Origin: Candidatus Micrarchaeota archaeon
GTDB lineage: Archaea; Micrarchaeota; Micrarchaeia; Norongarragalinales; SBBD01
DNA length: 64,000 bases
NCBI GenBank assembly: GCA_041305345.1
Contig: JBFYLP010000006.1
Span: forward strand, 369,601-433,600
Direction of reading: 5' to 3'
The position numbers and the translations under genes are program-made. Below are positions 44,997 to 54,370 of the stretch, one piece after another. Within the stretch, counting starts at the first letter, position 1. Each line of letters starts with the position of its first letter. The notes beneath the pieces were generated by a model that was not told the origin of the DNA, made no database searches, and worked only from the letters and a program-made list of their open reading frames with translations.

Positions 44997-46793
44997 TCAT
45001 TTGGACTTGATGTGCTCCTTGATCTGCTTGAGGTAGCCCGATCGAAGCTCCGCATTCCGCCTCCTTTCGTGCACTTCCTTACGGCTGCTGATGAACCGGA
45101 TGATCGCAATGAAGATGATGCTCACGATGAAAATCACGATGAGAAGGTTCTGCAAGGAAAGTGCCGGCGGCGGCTGCACTACTAGGTAGCCGGCATACTT
45201 GATTAGGTAATCCTCGTTTTGGGGCACCTCCTCAAGGCCGCTGATTTCCGAAAGTTGGTTGCCATTGAAAACCAGGATTAGGGAGAAAGTATGCGTTCCG
45301 GCTGATTTCCTTGGCGACTTGACAGAAAATTTCAACGGCGTGACGCTAGCAGGCGTTAGGAGTTCTGCCTTTTTTTCGGGCACCACCTCAAAACCCTCCG
45401 GCATTTCGAGAAGCGCAATGAAATTTAGCGGCTCGAAGCCCGCATATGCGATCTTCGCAACGACCTCGCTGCTGCCACCCTCGTAAATCGCAGATGCCTT
45501 CAGCTCCCGGATGGATATCAGGTTTGCAACCTTCAATTCCGTAGGCAAAAGCTCCACCTGCCGTACGCTCCAGTAGATGTAGGGCCGGTATTCGGAAAGG
45601 AGGGCATCAACAGAGTAAGAGATCCTAACGAGCTCGCCTGGTGCTAGCTTGCTTATCCTCCACTTGATCCCAAGCGGGTCCGAATCGATGAATGCAAGCG
45701 GCGGCTTCGTCTCGAACTCCAAAGCATCCTTCCCGACCTTGAACCCTTCCAGCAGCTGCTCGGTGATCATTATCGAAGGCAATATCCTGCTTGTTGGGTT
45801 GCGTACGTCGATTGCAATGTCGGATGTGCCAGTCAGCCTGTTTAGCCTAATTGTCTTGAGGACAACGGGGAACATCGCATCCTTCCGAAAGGGCTTCACC
45901 CGCAGGACCATGTAATCAATTGCCGTCTTGTTGCCCTCGGTTGCCTCCATTTTAAGCAGGTAATCCCCGACCAGCGCGTCGCTTGGGACGTTGATTCCGA
46001 TGTTGACAACCCGCTGTTCACTTAGAAGCATGACGGCCTCTGTGGGGGAATAAGTAAGCCAGCCATCGGGAATGCCGCTTATCTTGAATGCAACCTCCGC
46101 CCGGTTTTTCGCAATGTTTTTTAGCTCCACGCTCTCGAATGCGCTATCCCCGGCAACAACCTCCTTGAGGAGCGTTATCTTAAGGAACCTAAGGTCGGTG
46201 ATTACGGGCTTTACTACGGGAATGGTTGTTGGCACATAGGGGGACGCATTTCCCTCGGTGACGGAGGACGGCGCCACATAGCTGCCGCCTTGCGGAGGCG
46301 TGCTTGATGGCTGCACGATCGGCGGGGAGAGGATGGAGAAGGCCCGGATGAATGAATTCGTGATGTTCGTGCTCTCGTTGTAAGTTGCGGAAGCATTCGC
46401 ATAGTAAAGGCCAACCGGGAAGCCCGCGGTGCTCCAGCTTTGCGAAATTATGCTTGAGCTTGCCATCGGAACGATTGCGGGATCATAGACGATTAGCGCA
46501 ACGGCCTCGCCGGTGGAATTATGAATGCTCAAAATCGTGGTGACGTTGGCGGCAAGCGTACCGTAGTTGTTAAGTGATACGTAAATGTCGGTGCTGCCCC
46601 CGGCATACAGCGGATCGGAGGAGATGGTAACATCGGAGATGTTGACCTTTGCTGTTGGCGGCTCGTCCTCCTTGAAATGCGCCGCCGTACCTGCAAAATC
46701 AGCTGACGCAAATGCAAGTAAAAATAAGAAGATGATCGCAGCAGCCCTAGTTTCCGCCATTTCCTTCGCACTCAGAGTATTGGTGCGCCTCAC
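44997..46793 (-). CDS. secreted surface protein with CARDB-like/Ig-like domains and C-terminal TM anchor plus basic tail
   Basis: Signal peptide (…AAAIIFLFLLAFASA), a CARDB-like segment, and a C-terminal helix LLIVIFIVSIIFIAII followed by R/K-rich tail. Confidence 0.5.
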   Translation of the reverse strand: MRRTNTLSAKEMAETRAAAIIFLFLLAFASADFAGTAAHFKEDEPPTAKVNISDVTISSDPLYAGGSTDIYVSLNNYGTLAANVTTILSIHNSTGEAVALIVYDPAIVPMASSSIISQSWSTAGFPVGLYYANASATYNESTNITNSFIRAFSILSPPIVQPSSTPPQGGSYVAPSSVTEGNASPYVPTTIPVVKPVITDLRFLKITLLKEVVAGDSAFESVELKNIAKNRAEVAFKISGIPDGWLTYSPTEAVMLLSEQRVVNIGINVPSDALVGDYLLKMEATEGNKTAIDYMVLRVKPFRKDAMFPVVLKTIRLNRLTGTSDIAIDVRNPTSRILPSIMITEQLLEGFKVGKDALEFETKPPLAFIDSDPLGIKWRISKLAPGELVRISYSVDALLSEYRPYIYWSVRQVELLPTELKVANLISIRELKASAIYEGGSSEVVAKIAYAGFEPLNFIALLEMPEGFEVVPEKKAELLTPASVTPLKFSVKSPRKSAGTHTFSLILVFNGNQLSEISGLEEVPQNEDYLIKYAGYLVVQPPPALSLQNLLIVIFIVSIIFIAIIRFISSRKEVHERRRNAELRSGYLKQIKEHIKSK

Positions 46794-46934
46794 TTAAAAA
46801 AAGTTGGGCTGGGGCTTGTTTTCAAAATACTTTGGATTGGCGCAAGGTTTGGGGGATGGCAAAGAACATGTTCAATCAATGGATGGAAAGTTGGAGAAGC
46901 AAATGGGCTTGTAGGAGCATTATGGCGAAATCCC

Positions 46935-47894
46935 TCATACGTCGATGTATATAGTATACCACGGCATTCCAATGCTGTGGCCTGCGCCCCCTACGTAATT
47001 CGTCTTGTACTTCCAGAGCCATTCATTGGCCTTTTCGGCAGGAGCAGCGCCCGCGTTTATTCCGATCGCGTATTTTCCGGAGGGCGGATTCTTCACCTTC
47101 ACGGTCACTGTTACCATCTGCGTCCATTCGGGCTTGAATACCGGAAATGCGGGCTCGAGCAGGATCACGCTTGGAGAAACATCAACATCGAAATAGTCCC
47201 GAACGACCGAGGCATCCTGAACGATGCTCTTCGTGTTGTCTGGAAAGGAAGTCTTCTGCAGCGTCGCGCTTGCAGGAAAGCTGGCACTAAGACTTAGGCC
47301 CTGGTAAGTCTGCACGAGCCAGGAGGTATGGAGGAAGAAATGCACCTTGAAAGTGCCCTGCTTTGGCGAGAGTACCACGGTTTCCGAAGGGTAACTACCA
47401 TAGCCGAATGCGCCCCATCTTCCTTTCGGGGGATTGGTCATCATCGACACGCCCTGCTCCTCGAATTGCGGGTAGAACTCGGGCTGCTTCCAATAGTCAA
47501 TTGTTATCTTGCTCGGGTCCGTGACCTTGCCAAGCTCGAATAGGAGCTTGATCACATAAAAATCCTTCGGGAAGGAGGGAAGCTCCTTGAAAATTTCATC
47601 GGTAATGCTCCCGAAATATGCGGGCCGTTTGGAAACCGCATCCGGAGCGGATTGGTATGCCTTGAGTCTGGCGTATAATTCCGGCGGATAGTCGGTAGTT
47701 GGAATTGCCGCGGAAGTTGGGGATGCGGAAAGATTGACCGCCCCCGGCGTTGCCGTAGCATTTGCAGAACCGAACGTAAAGAGACCCGTGAAGTTTGCAG
47801 TGTTTGCAAGCAAGATGACCGCGACAACAAGGATGGCTGCGAGCAATACCTGCGTTGCAGATATGCCTACGCCCTTTTTCGCCCCTCTTGCCAT
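46935..47894 (-). CDS. N-terminally anchored extracellular protein, hypothetical
   Basis: N-terminal hydrophobic helix (…VLLAAILVVAVILLA) then a 280-aa domain with N-glycosylation sequons. Confidence 0.4.
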   Translation of the reverse strand: MARGAKKGVGISATQVLLAAILVVAVILLANTANFTGLFTFGSANATATPGAVNLSASPTSAAIPTTDYPPELYARLKAYQSAPDAVSKRPAYFGSITDEIFKELPSFPKDFYVIKLLFELGKVTDPSKITIDYWKQPEFYPQFEEQGVSMMTNPPKGRWGAFGYGSYPSETVVLSPKQGTFKVHFFLHTSWLVQTYQGLSLSASFPASATLQKTSFPDNTKSIVQDASVVRDYFDVDVSPSVILLEPAFPVFKPEWTQMVTVTVKVKNPPSGKYAIGINAGAAPAEKANEWLWKYKTNYVGGAGHSIGMPWYTIYIDV

Positions 47895-47932
47895 AAAACC
47901 AAGTTAGGAAAATGGATGAAAAAAATTATAAA

Positions 47933-48481
47933 CTAAGTGGTTGAGTTATGGGTGAGCCACCTGACATTCGTGCCAGTGTAGCTGCTGAAGTCCGCAAAGA
48001 GCCACGCCCTTCCTAGGTCGGCGCCAATTGGCAGTTCGAGAATGACTGGCGCCCATTCCGTATTGTTAACGGGGATTAGGCCCTCGTGAACGGTTCCACC
48101 GGCTGTTGCGGAGCTGTTCATATTGACAGTTACCCCGGTCGGAAGGCTTGCATTGAACTGCAGGGAAATATTGATGGCCACTGTGCCGGTATTATCATAC
48201 TCGAAAATGGCATCCGTATCCTGGCAGGTCGTGCCCGGGGCGACGCAGGGCTGGAGGGATGTGTTTGTGGGGACAGTTGAATTGAAGAAGATGTCTGCAG
48301 TAAATACCGCGCCCAATGACCCATCGGAAGCTACACCGGCCTCCCCCGGAAGCGTGACGGTGAAGCTTGTGGAAATCGGCACTGAGAAGTATACTTCGGT
48401 TGAGGCGTAATCTGCATAAGTGGAAATTGCCAAGAGGGATAGCAGTAGGATTGCAAGCGCATATTTGAAAGACGAACCCAT
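47933..48481 (-). CDS. small secreted protein, paralogous to the C-terminal domain of the adjacent 1073-aa beta-helix protein
   Basis: Signal peptide. Shared features: paired Cys, FEYDNTGTVAINISLQFNASLP vs FNFTNTGKVNLNWSIKFNITLP, and AWLFADF vs AWCWADF. Confidence 0.45.
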   Translation of the reverse strand: MGSSFKYALAILLLSLLAISTYADYASTEVYFSVPISTSFTVTLPGEAGVASDGSLGAVFTADIFFNSTVPTNTSLQPCVAPGTTCQDTDAIFEYDNTGTVAINISLQFNASLPTGVTVNMNSSATAGGTVHEGLIPVNNTEWAPVILELPIGADLGRAWLFADFSSYTGTNVRWLTHNSTT

Positions 48482-48577
48482 ATCAATCAGCCTCTCAAAT
48501 GGTACTCATAAGTCATTTATAACTTTATCGGAACTATTGCTAATTTCTTACTGCATCGGCTATTGCCCCAATCGTCC

Positions 48578-51500
48578 CTAACCTCCATCGCTCGAGTTGG
48601 TGTCCAGCCTTCCGATCGTCACCCCCGCTTGCGCGAGGTTGAAATCCGCCCAGCACCACGCAAGCTCTGAATCGCCGGGCGCAACCGAGGCGTTGTTCAC
48701 CTGCACGTAATCGTTGAAGCTCGAATTTGCGACGACCAGCGCGCTGCCAGCATTGTTGGTATTGTGGCACTTGAACACTATGGAGGCAGGAAGGGTTATG
48801 TTGAACTTGATGCTCCAATTCAGGTTTACTTTGCCGGTATTCGTGAAGTTGAAGAAGGGCATCGTCTCGTTCTGGCAATTAACGTGGCTCTTGCCAACGC
48901 AGGGCGTCACGTTTCCCTGGGTGCCCTCGACGTTCGCAGACACATTCAAAGTGAAATTCATGATGGCAGTGAAGGGCGCATCCGGAGGCACCGAATCACT
49001 TGATTCCACCGGGTTTGTAATTCCAGGAAGGGTAAGCGTGAATGACGTATGGGGCAGGGGCGCCAAGGTAAGGCCGAAATGAAGGCCCATGGATGAGACA
49101 TCAATCGTGACGTTCTCGGAATAGTCGTTGTAAGCCGCCTTGATGACGCTGAAATTATGGGGAGTGTAGCAATTGATGTTGTCGCCGGTTGAACAGCTTC
49201 CGACATAGGCGTACGAGCCGTTTGCAATGTATTCGGTAAGCACTATTCCATTAAGGTATCCGGCCGAATCCGTGCTGCCAACAACCATCGGAACGTCGCT
49301 GTCGGTTGAATTGTATATGTCAATGGAAGCGCCTTCGATTGGCCCCTCCGATAAATCGTGAACCCGTACGCGCACATACCATTTGAGGGTGAAATTTTTC
49401 GTTCCGGCAACGCCGCCCCAGCCATTGGAGGTACGGTTGAATGTCGTATTGACGAATACGTTGTTCCACGCTTCCTTGTTTGAGTAGACCGCATATGATG
49501 CGGCCAGCTCGTGGATGATGTCGATTGTGGAATTGGCGATTTCGTTTTGCGTGGAATCGAAGAAATAAACACCCCCAATGGACCCCTCCGTCGCATCCTT
49601 GTCTGAGATGGAACTGACGTTTTGCAGGCATACTCGGTTCATCAGGGTCGAGTTGGAGGCGTAAAAAAAAGCGCCCGATCCCCTGCCGCCGATTCCATCG
49701 GTGGTTCCAGCCCCGCCCACATTTGCAAGCGATGAATTCGTCGTAAAATCCGAAAAATTCAAGTTGGTGGTTATTTCCTGCAAAATGAATGATGAATTCC
49801 CGCCGTTCCCGCCTACGTCGGTCTTTACGAAGGCAGTACTTGAGCCCGAAACACCTCCCCGCCCGGCCAGGATGTTTCTTATGCTGGCGGAGGTGAACGC
49901 GCTGGCTTGGGATCTGGATAGGAAGATAGCATAAGCGCTGCCCGCATTGCCGCCGTTGCCAGCCTGGCCTGTGGTGTAGCCATCCCCGCCGCTGCCGCCG
50001 TTCCCCGCAGTTACATTGAGTATTGTAAGGTTTGGAAAGGTGAAATTCTGGGCAGATTCGAAGAACAAGGGAATTGAATTGCCTCCCACTCCGCCAAAAC
50101 CCCCGTTGCCCGCAGAGGTAGTCCTATCGCCACCGTTCCCCCCATTTCCCGCCGTTATGTTTTGCATGGAGGTCGAATTGAACACGCAATTAAAGGACAA
50201 AACCGAGTGGATGCCAATGGCAACCCCCCCAAGCCCGCCGGACCCTGCGGCCGATGAGGTAGCCCCCCCAGAGCCCGTAGTGCCCACGATGCCATTGAGC
50301 GTCGTATTTTGGAAATAGGAGTTGTTGCTCGAAAAAAGCCGGATTCCCGTGATGTTCCCGCCCGGCCCCCCAGCTCCGCTCGCTGCGATGAGGACGGGCT
50401 TGCCTGCTTCCAAAGATTCAAACCAAGTATGCGCAAAGGAGTCGTTATTCGAACGATACAGGTAAAAACCGAAAACCGCGCCACCGCGCCTGGTATCTGC
50501 CGAGGAGTTCCCGCCGGAGATGCGAAGGAGATGCACATAATTGATGCTGCTGGAAGAAACGTTATACATATAAACGCCATAAGCAAGATACCCATTCGAC
50601 CCCGAAATAAGCGGCTTGAAATCGCGCAGCACCTGCGAGGTGAAATTGCTTCTTGATGAATTTCCCACATAGATGCCATACGCCTCGATGCCCGTGATAT
50701 TCACATAGGTATTATTGAGCAGAGTCAGGTTTATTGCATTGTCCGCAGAAACACCCCTGGTGAAGTTCACGATGACGCAGTTCTTGATGACGACGTTGTG
50801 CGCGTTTGAGATGTTGAACCCATACCCGCTCGTATTCCCAGTAACCGTATGCCCGGCGCAATCGAAAATCACATCGCTCGTGCTGATGTTGTAGCAGGTA
50901 TACCTTGCTGCAATGTCCGCCGCAAGCGCGGTATTTGCGGAGACTACGTCGCATTCGGTATCGGCACCTTTATCCCCCAAAAGCGGAAGGACGGTCGGGC
51001 TGGGGGATGCCTTGGGCGGGGGCGAAATGCTTGGGCTTTCAGTAGGCGATACAGAAGGGGAAGGACTGAGCATATAAGTAGGGGAGGGGGTTGGGGTTTC
51101 CGTAATCGAGGGGGAAGGGATTGCTGAAACGGAAGGGCTTGGCGATGGATTTGGGGAAGGACTGGGCATATAAGTAGGGGAGGGGGTTGGGGTTTCCGTA
51201 ATCGAGGGGGAAGGGCTTGGCAAAAATGTCGGAGATGCAGAAGGCGAAGGCTCCGGCGACGAAGTGGGGGAGGGGCTTGGAGCAACCGAAGGTTCTATTG
51301 ATGCGCTCGGAGAGGGTGATTCCAACGGGCCGGGGGAAGGAAGTGGCAGGGTGCTAAATTGCAGCGGCGATAGTGAATTATCAGCGCAGGAATATTGGTC
51401 GCAGCTCCTTACGTAATATTCATAAACGGAACCCGGCTGCAATGATGTTAGTGCAATGGAGTGGCTCGTGACGCTATCTGAAATGCCAATGTTCAGGTAA

Positions 51501-51799
51501 TCAGCGTCACTTGCAAGTTTAAAATAAACATATGAATTCGAGGGAGTGGTCGTATCCCAGATGATGGTCGCTAAATATTCGGTAATGGATGATGTTTGGA
51601 TGCCTGAAAGCCCAATTGGAATGGCTGTTGGCGAGGCCGAAGGCTGCGTCTGATTCCCCGTTTGGTTGTCGTCGGCTTGGTTGGTTGGGGAAAGTGCAAT
51701 GATTGCCAGTAGGAAAACAAGCAACGCCGCAAGATTGGAATATAGAAAATACCCCCTAGCGCCCTTCACCTCCTGGAACATACGCCTACGTAACTGCAC
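48578..51799 (-). CDS. giant secreted protein with right-handed parallel beta-helix repeats, Pro/Thr/Ser-rich tandem-repeat linker and C-terminal paralog domain
   Basis: N-terminal signal/TM. PT/S linker (SPSPSITETPTPSPTYMPSPSP ×2). Long Gly/Asn-rich region with NVTAGNGGSGG-type turns and many NxS/T sites, consistent with a pectate-lyase-like beta-helix. C-terminal domain is homologous to 47933..48481. Confidence 0.6.
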   Translation of the reverse strand: MQLRRRMFQEVKGARGYFLYSNLAALLVFLLAIIALSPTNQADDNQTGNQTQPSASPTAIPIGLSGIQTSSITEYLATIIWDTTTPSNSYVYFKLASDADYLNIGISDSVTSHSIALTSLQPGSVYEYYVRSCDQYSCADNSLSPLQFSTLPLPSPGPLESPSPSASIEPSVAPSPSPTSSPEPSPSASPTFLPSPSPSITETPTPSPTYMPSPSPNPSPSPSVSAIPSPSITETPTPSPTYMLSPSPSVSPTESPSISPPPKASPSPTVLPLLGDKGADTECDVVSANTALAADIAARYTCYNISTSDVIFDCAGHTVTGNTSGYGFNISNAHNVVIKNCVIVNFTRGVSADNAINLTLLNNTYVNITGIEAYGIYVGNSSRSNFTSQVLRDFKPLISGSNGYLAYGVYMYNVSSSSINYVHLLRISGGNSSADTRRGGAVFGFYLYRSNNDSFAHTWFESLEAGKPVLIAASGAGGPGGNITGIRLFSSNNSYFQNTTLNGIVGTTGSGGATSSAAGSGGLGGVAIGIHSVLSFNCVFNSTSMQNITAGNGGNGGDRTTSAGNGGFGGVGGNSIPLFFESAQNFTFPNLTILNVTAGNGGSGGDGYTTGQAGNGGNAGSAYAIFLSRSQASAFTSASIRNILAGRGGVSGSSTAFVKTDVGGNGGNSSFILQEITTNLNFSDFTTNSSLANVGGAGTTDGIGGRGSGAFFYASNSTLMNRVCLQNVSSISDKDATEGSIGGVYFFDSTQNEIANSTIDIIHELAASYAVYSNKEAWNNVFVNTTFNRTSNGWGGVAGTKNFTLKWYVRVRVHDLSEGPIEGASIDIYNSTDSDVPMVVGSTDSAGYLNGIVLTEYIANGSYAYVGSCSTGDNINCYTPHNFSVIKAAYNDYSENVTIDVSSMGLHFGLTLAPLPHTSFTLTLPGITNPVESSDSVPPDAPFTAIMNFTLNVSANVEGTQGNVTPCVGKSHVNCQNETMPFFNFTNTGKVNLNWSIKFNITLPASIVFKCHNTNNAGSALVVANSSFNDYVQVNNASVAPGDSELAWCWADFNLAQAGVTIGRLDTNSSDGG
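51057..51216. repeat. two tandem copies of a ~96-bp unit within the PT-linker coding region
   Basis: ggggaaggactg(a/g)gcatataagtaggggagggggttggggtttccgtaatcgagggggaaggg occurs at ~51057-51119 and ~51153-51216. Confidence 0.5.
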
Positions 51800-52014
51800 T
51801 AGATTTTAAACGGCTATCGCTGTTGGGAAAAAAATCAGGAGGGCGGAAAAAACCCCATCGCGGCAAACAAAAATGGCATAAGTTAAATCGGAATGCCTGC
51901 GTCATCCAGCCCCCCCCCACGTTTCCCTAAGGGATCATCACTACCGTTCCGCTATCTGCGACGGGGGGCATATCCCCCCCCTTGAGCAGATTGCTCGTTC
52001 CCCCTCTTAATTTG

Positions 52015-53052
52015 TCAGGGAATCATCACTACCTTTCCGCAGTTGCCCGATTTCATCAGGTCGAATGCCTTCTCGTACTCCTCAAGCTTGAATTTATGGG
52101 TGATTATTTTCCGCAGGTCAACAGCTCCCGATTTCTGCATTGCAGCAACCGTATGCCACGTATCGTACATTTTCCTTCCGTTTATCCCCCTGACCGTGGC
52201 TTGCTTGAACACCATCGCATTGTTGATGTCAAGATTTACCGGGCCTGGAAAAACTCCAAGTATTGCCGCCTCCCCGCCTCCCCTCAATGATTCAAAGCCG
52301 CTTTTCAAGGCAGCCTCGTGGCCGGATATTTCGAGGAAGACATCCACACCCCTGCCGGTTTCCTTCCTGATGCGCAACCCCGCATCCTCCGTTTTTGCGT
52401 TTATTGCCAGGGTTGCACCGAGTTTTTTTGCCATGTTAAGTCGGTAGTCGTTTGCATCAACCGCATAGATTTCGGTCGCACCGCAGGCTTTTGCAAGCAT
52501 GATTGCGCACAGCCCAATGGGCCCGCATCCGAAAATCGAAACCTTTTTCCCCGAAACAGGCTGCGCGAAAACGGTATGCACCGCATTCCCGAGGGGCTCC
52601 TGCGCGGTCTCAACGTCGTGCGGGATTGATTTTTCGTTCACGATCGCATTTGCAGCGGGTATCACGACATAATCGGCGTAGCTTCCGTTGGTGTCCACGC
52701 CAAGTATCCGAAGTTTTTCGCATATGTGGGAATTTCCAATCGAACACTGGAAGCACGTCCAGTCCGCGATGTGCGTTTCGCCGGAGACGTGATCCCCAAC
52801 TTCCACGCGCTCAACGTGGCTTCCGGCCTCGACGATTTCGCCTGAGAACTCGTGCCCGAAAATCATGGGTGGCTTGATCCTGGACTGCGCCCAATTGTCC
52901 CAGCCATAGATGTGCAAATCCGTCCCGCAGATGCTGCATGCTTTTACTTTCACAAGCACGTCCTTGGGGCCGGGTTTGGGAATATTTGCCCCTTTTAATT
53001 CTGCACCGGGCTTTGCGCTGGTTTTCCACAATGCCTTCATTGTCCCCTCCAT
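52015..53052 (-). CDS. tdh: L-threonine 3-dehydrogenase (zinc-dependent MDR family)
   Basis: CGTDLH…GHEFSGE zinc-binding motifs, GCGPIGL Rossmann motif, overall TDH-like sequence. Confidence 0.8.
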   Translation of the reverse strand: MEGTMKALWKTSAKPGAELKGANIPKPGPKDVLVKVKACSICGTDLHIYGWDNWAQSRIKPPMIFGHEFSGEIVEAGSHVERVEVGDHVSGETHIADWTCFQCSIGNSHICEKLRILGVDTNGSYADYVVIPAANAIVNEKSIPHDVETAQEPLGNAVHTVFAQPVSGKKVSIFGCGPIGLCAIMLAKACGATEIYAVDANDYRLNMAKKLGATLAINAKTEDAGLRIRKETGRGVDVFLEISGHEAALKSGFESLRGGGEAAILGVFPGPVNLDINNAMVFKQATVRGINGRKMYDTWHTVAAMQKSGAVDLRKIITHKFKLEEYEKAFDLMKSGNCGKVVMIP

Positions 53053-53190
53053 TCAATCACCTTGATTTAAATATCTTCGATGGGAATTCCCCATCCTTTA
53101 CGCACAACATAAGCAGTACATTCAGAAACATATTTGCTTAAAAGTTAGTATGAATAACTGTTTTTGCTTATTATATTTTGGGTGATACGA

Positions 53191-54369
53191 ATGGCGCATT
53201 TCACGGATTTCCTGAAGCTTGAGATAGATGACCTGAAGGCGAAATCGCTTGACTGGAAGCTTCGCACGCTGCAAGGCCCTTCAGTCCCAAGGGCGAAAGT
53301 GGATGGGAAGGAGGTTTTGATGCTCTGCTCGAATAATTACCTTAATTTGAGCAACCACCCGAAATTGAAGAGGGCAGCCATTGCGGCAATCAAATCGCAC
53401 GGCGCCGGAAGCGGGTCCGTGAGGGCAATTGCGGGCACGATGGATCTGCATATCGAATTGGAGAGGAAGATTGCGGAATTCAAGGGATCGGAGGATTCGC
53501 TCTATTACCAGACGGGTTTTGCGGCGAACGCGGGCCTCATACCGCAGCTAATTGGGGAAGGCGACATAGTGATTTCGGACGAGCTGAACCACGGCTCGAT
53601 CATCGACGGGGTTAGGCTAACAAAAGCGGAGCGCAAAATTTACCCCCATAGGAACATGGACGAGCTGAAGAAATTGCTGGAGGAGGCTCAGGGAAAATAC
53701 CGGAGGATCCTTGTGATTACCGACGGAGTTTTCTCAATGGATGGGGACATTGCGCCCCTGGATAAAATTGCCCACCTGTGCCGCGAGTACAACGCAATGA
53801 GCTACGTTGATGATGCGCACGGCGATGGGGTGCTTGGCGAGGGGATTGGCATCGTTCATCATTTCCATCTTGAGGGGAAGGTCGATGTGGAGATGGGCAC
53901 ATTCAGCAAGGCGTTTGGCGTGGTTGGCGGGTATGTTTCCGGCACTCGCGCAATGAAGGAGTTCGCATTCAACAAGAGCAGGACTTGGTTGTTATCCGGT
54001 TCAGCCCCACCAGCTACCGCAGCAGCTTGCATGGCATCACTCGGTGTCGTGAAGAATGAACCTAGGCACGTGCAGAGACTATGGAAGAACCGAGAGTATT
54101 GGGTGAAAAAGCTAAGGAAAGCGGGTTTCGATACAGGAGTTAGCGAAACGCCAATTGTTCCGGTGATGCTCGGCGACAGTGCGAGAGCGCAGACGTTCTC
54201 CCAGAAATTATTGGAGGAAGGAATTCTAGCCCTCCCGATAGTTTTCCCGATGGTCGCGAAGGACAAGGCGAGAATCAGGACGATGATGAACGCCGGCCTG
54301 AAGAAGGCGGATTTGGATTTTGCTCTTGAGAAGTTCGAGAAGATCGGGAAGGAAATAGGAGCGATCTGA
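53191..54369 (+). CDS. kbl: 2-amino-3-ketobutyrate CoA ligase (glycine C-acetyltransferase)
   Basis: Alpha-oxoamine synthase family PLP enzyme, divergent from tdh; start set at the internal Met (MAHFTDFLKL…). Confidence 0.75.
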   Translation: MAHFTDFLKLEIDDLKAKSLDWKLRTLQGPSVPRAKVDGKEVLMLCSNNYLNLSNHPKLKRAAIAAIKSHGAGSGSVRAIAGTMDLHIELERKIAEFKGSEDSLYYQTGFAANAGLIPQLIGEGDIVISDELNHGSIIDGVRLTKAERKIYPHRNMDELKKLLEEAQGKYRRILVITDGVFSMDGDIAPLDKIAHLCREYNAMSYVDDAHGDGVLGEGIGIVHHFHLEGKVDVEMGTFSKAFGVVGGYVSGTRAMKEFAFNKSRTWLLSGSAPPATAAACMASLGVVKNEPRHVQRLWKNREYWVKKLRKAGFDTGVSETPIVPVMLGDSARAQTFSQKLLEEGILALPIVFPMVAKDKARIRTMMNAGLKKADLDFALEKFEKIGKEIGAI

Positions 54370-54370
54370 A

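Noticed and set aside
51800-52014. Considered an integrated mobile element bounded by the duplicated tdh 3' end
   Set aside because: The two copies are only ~65 bp apart with no integrase or cargo between them. It is reported as a scar or duplication rather than a mobile element.
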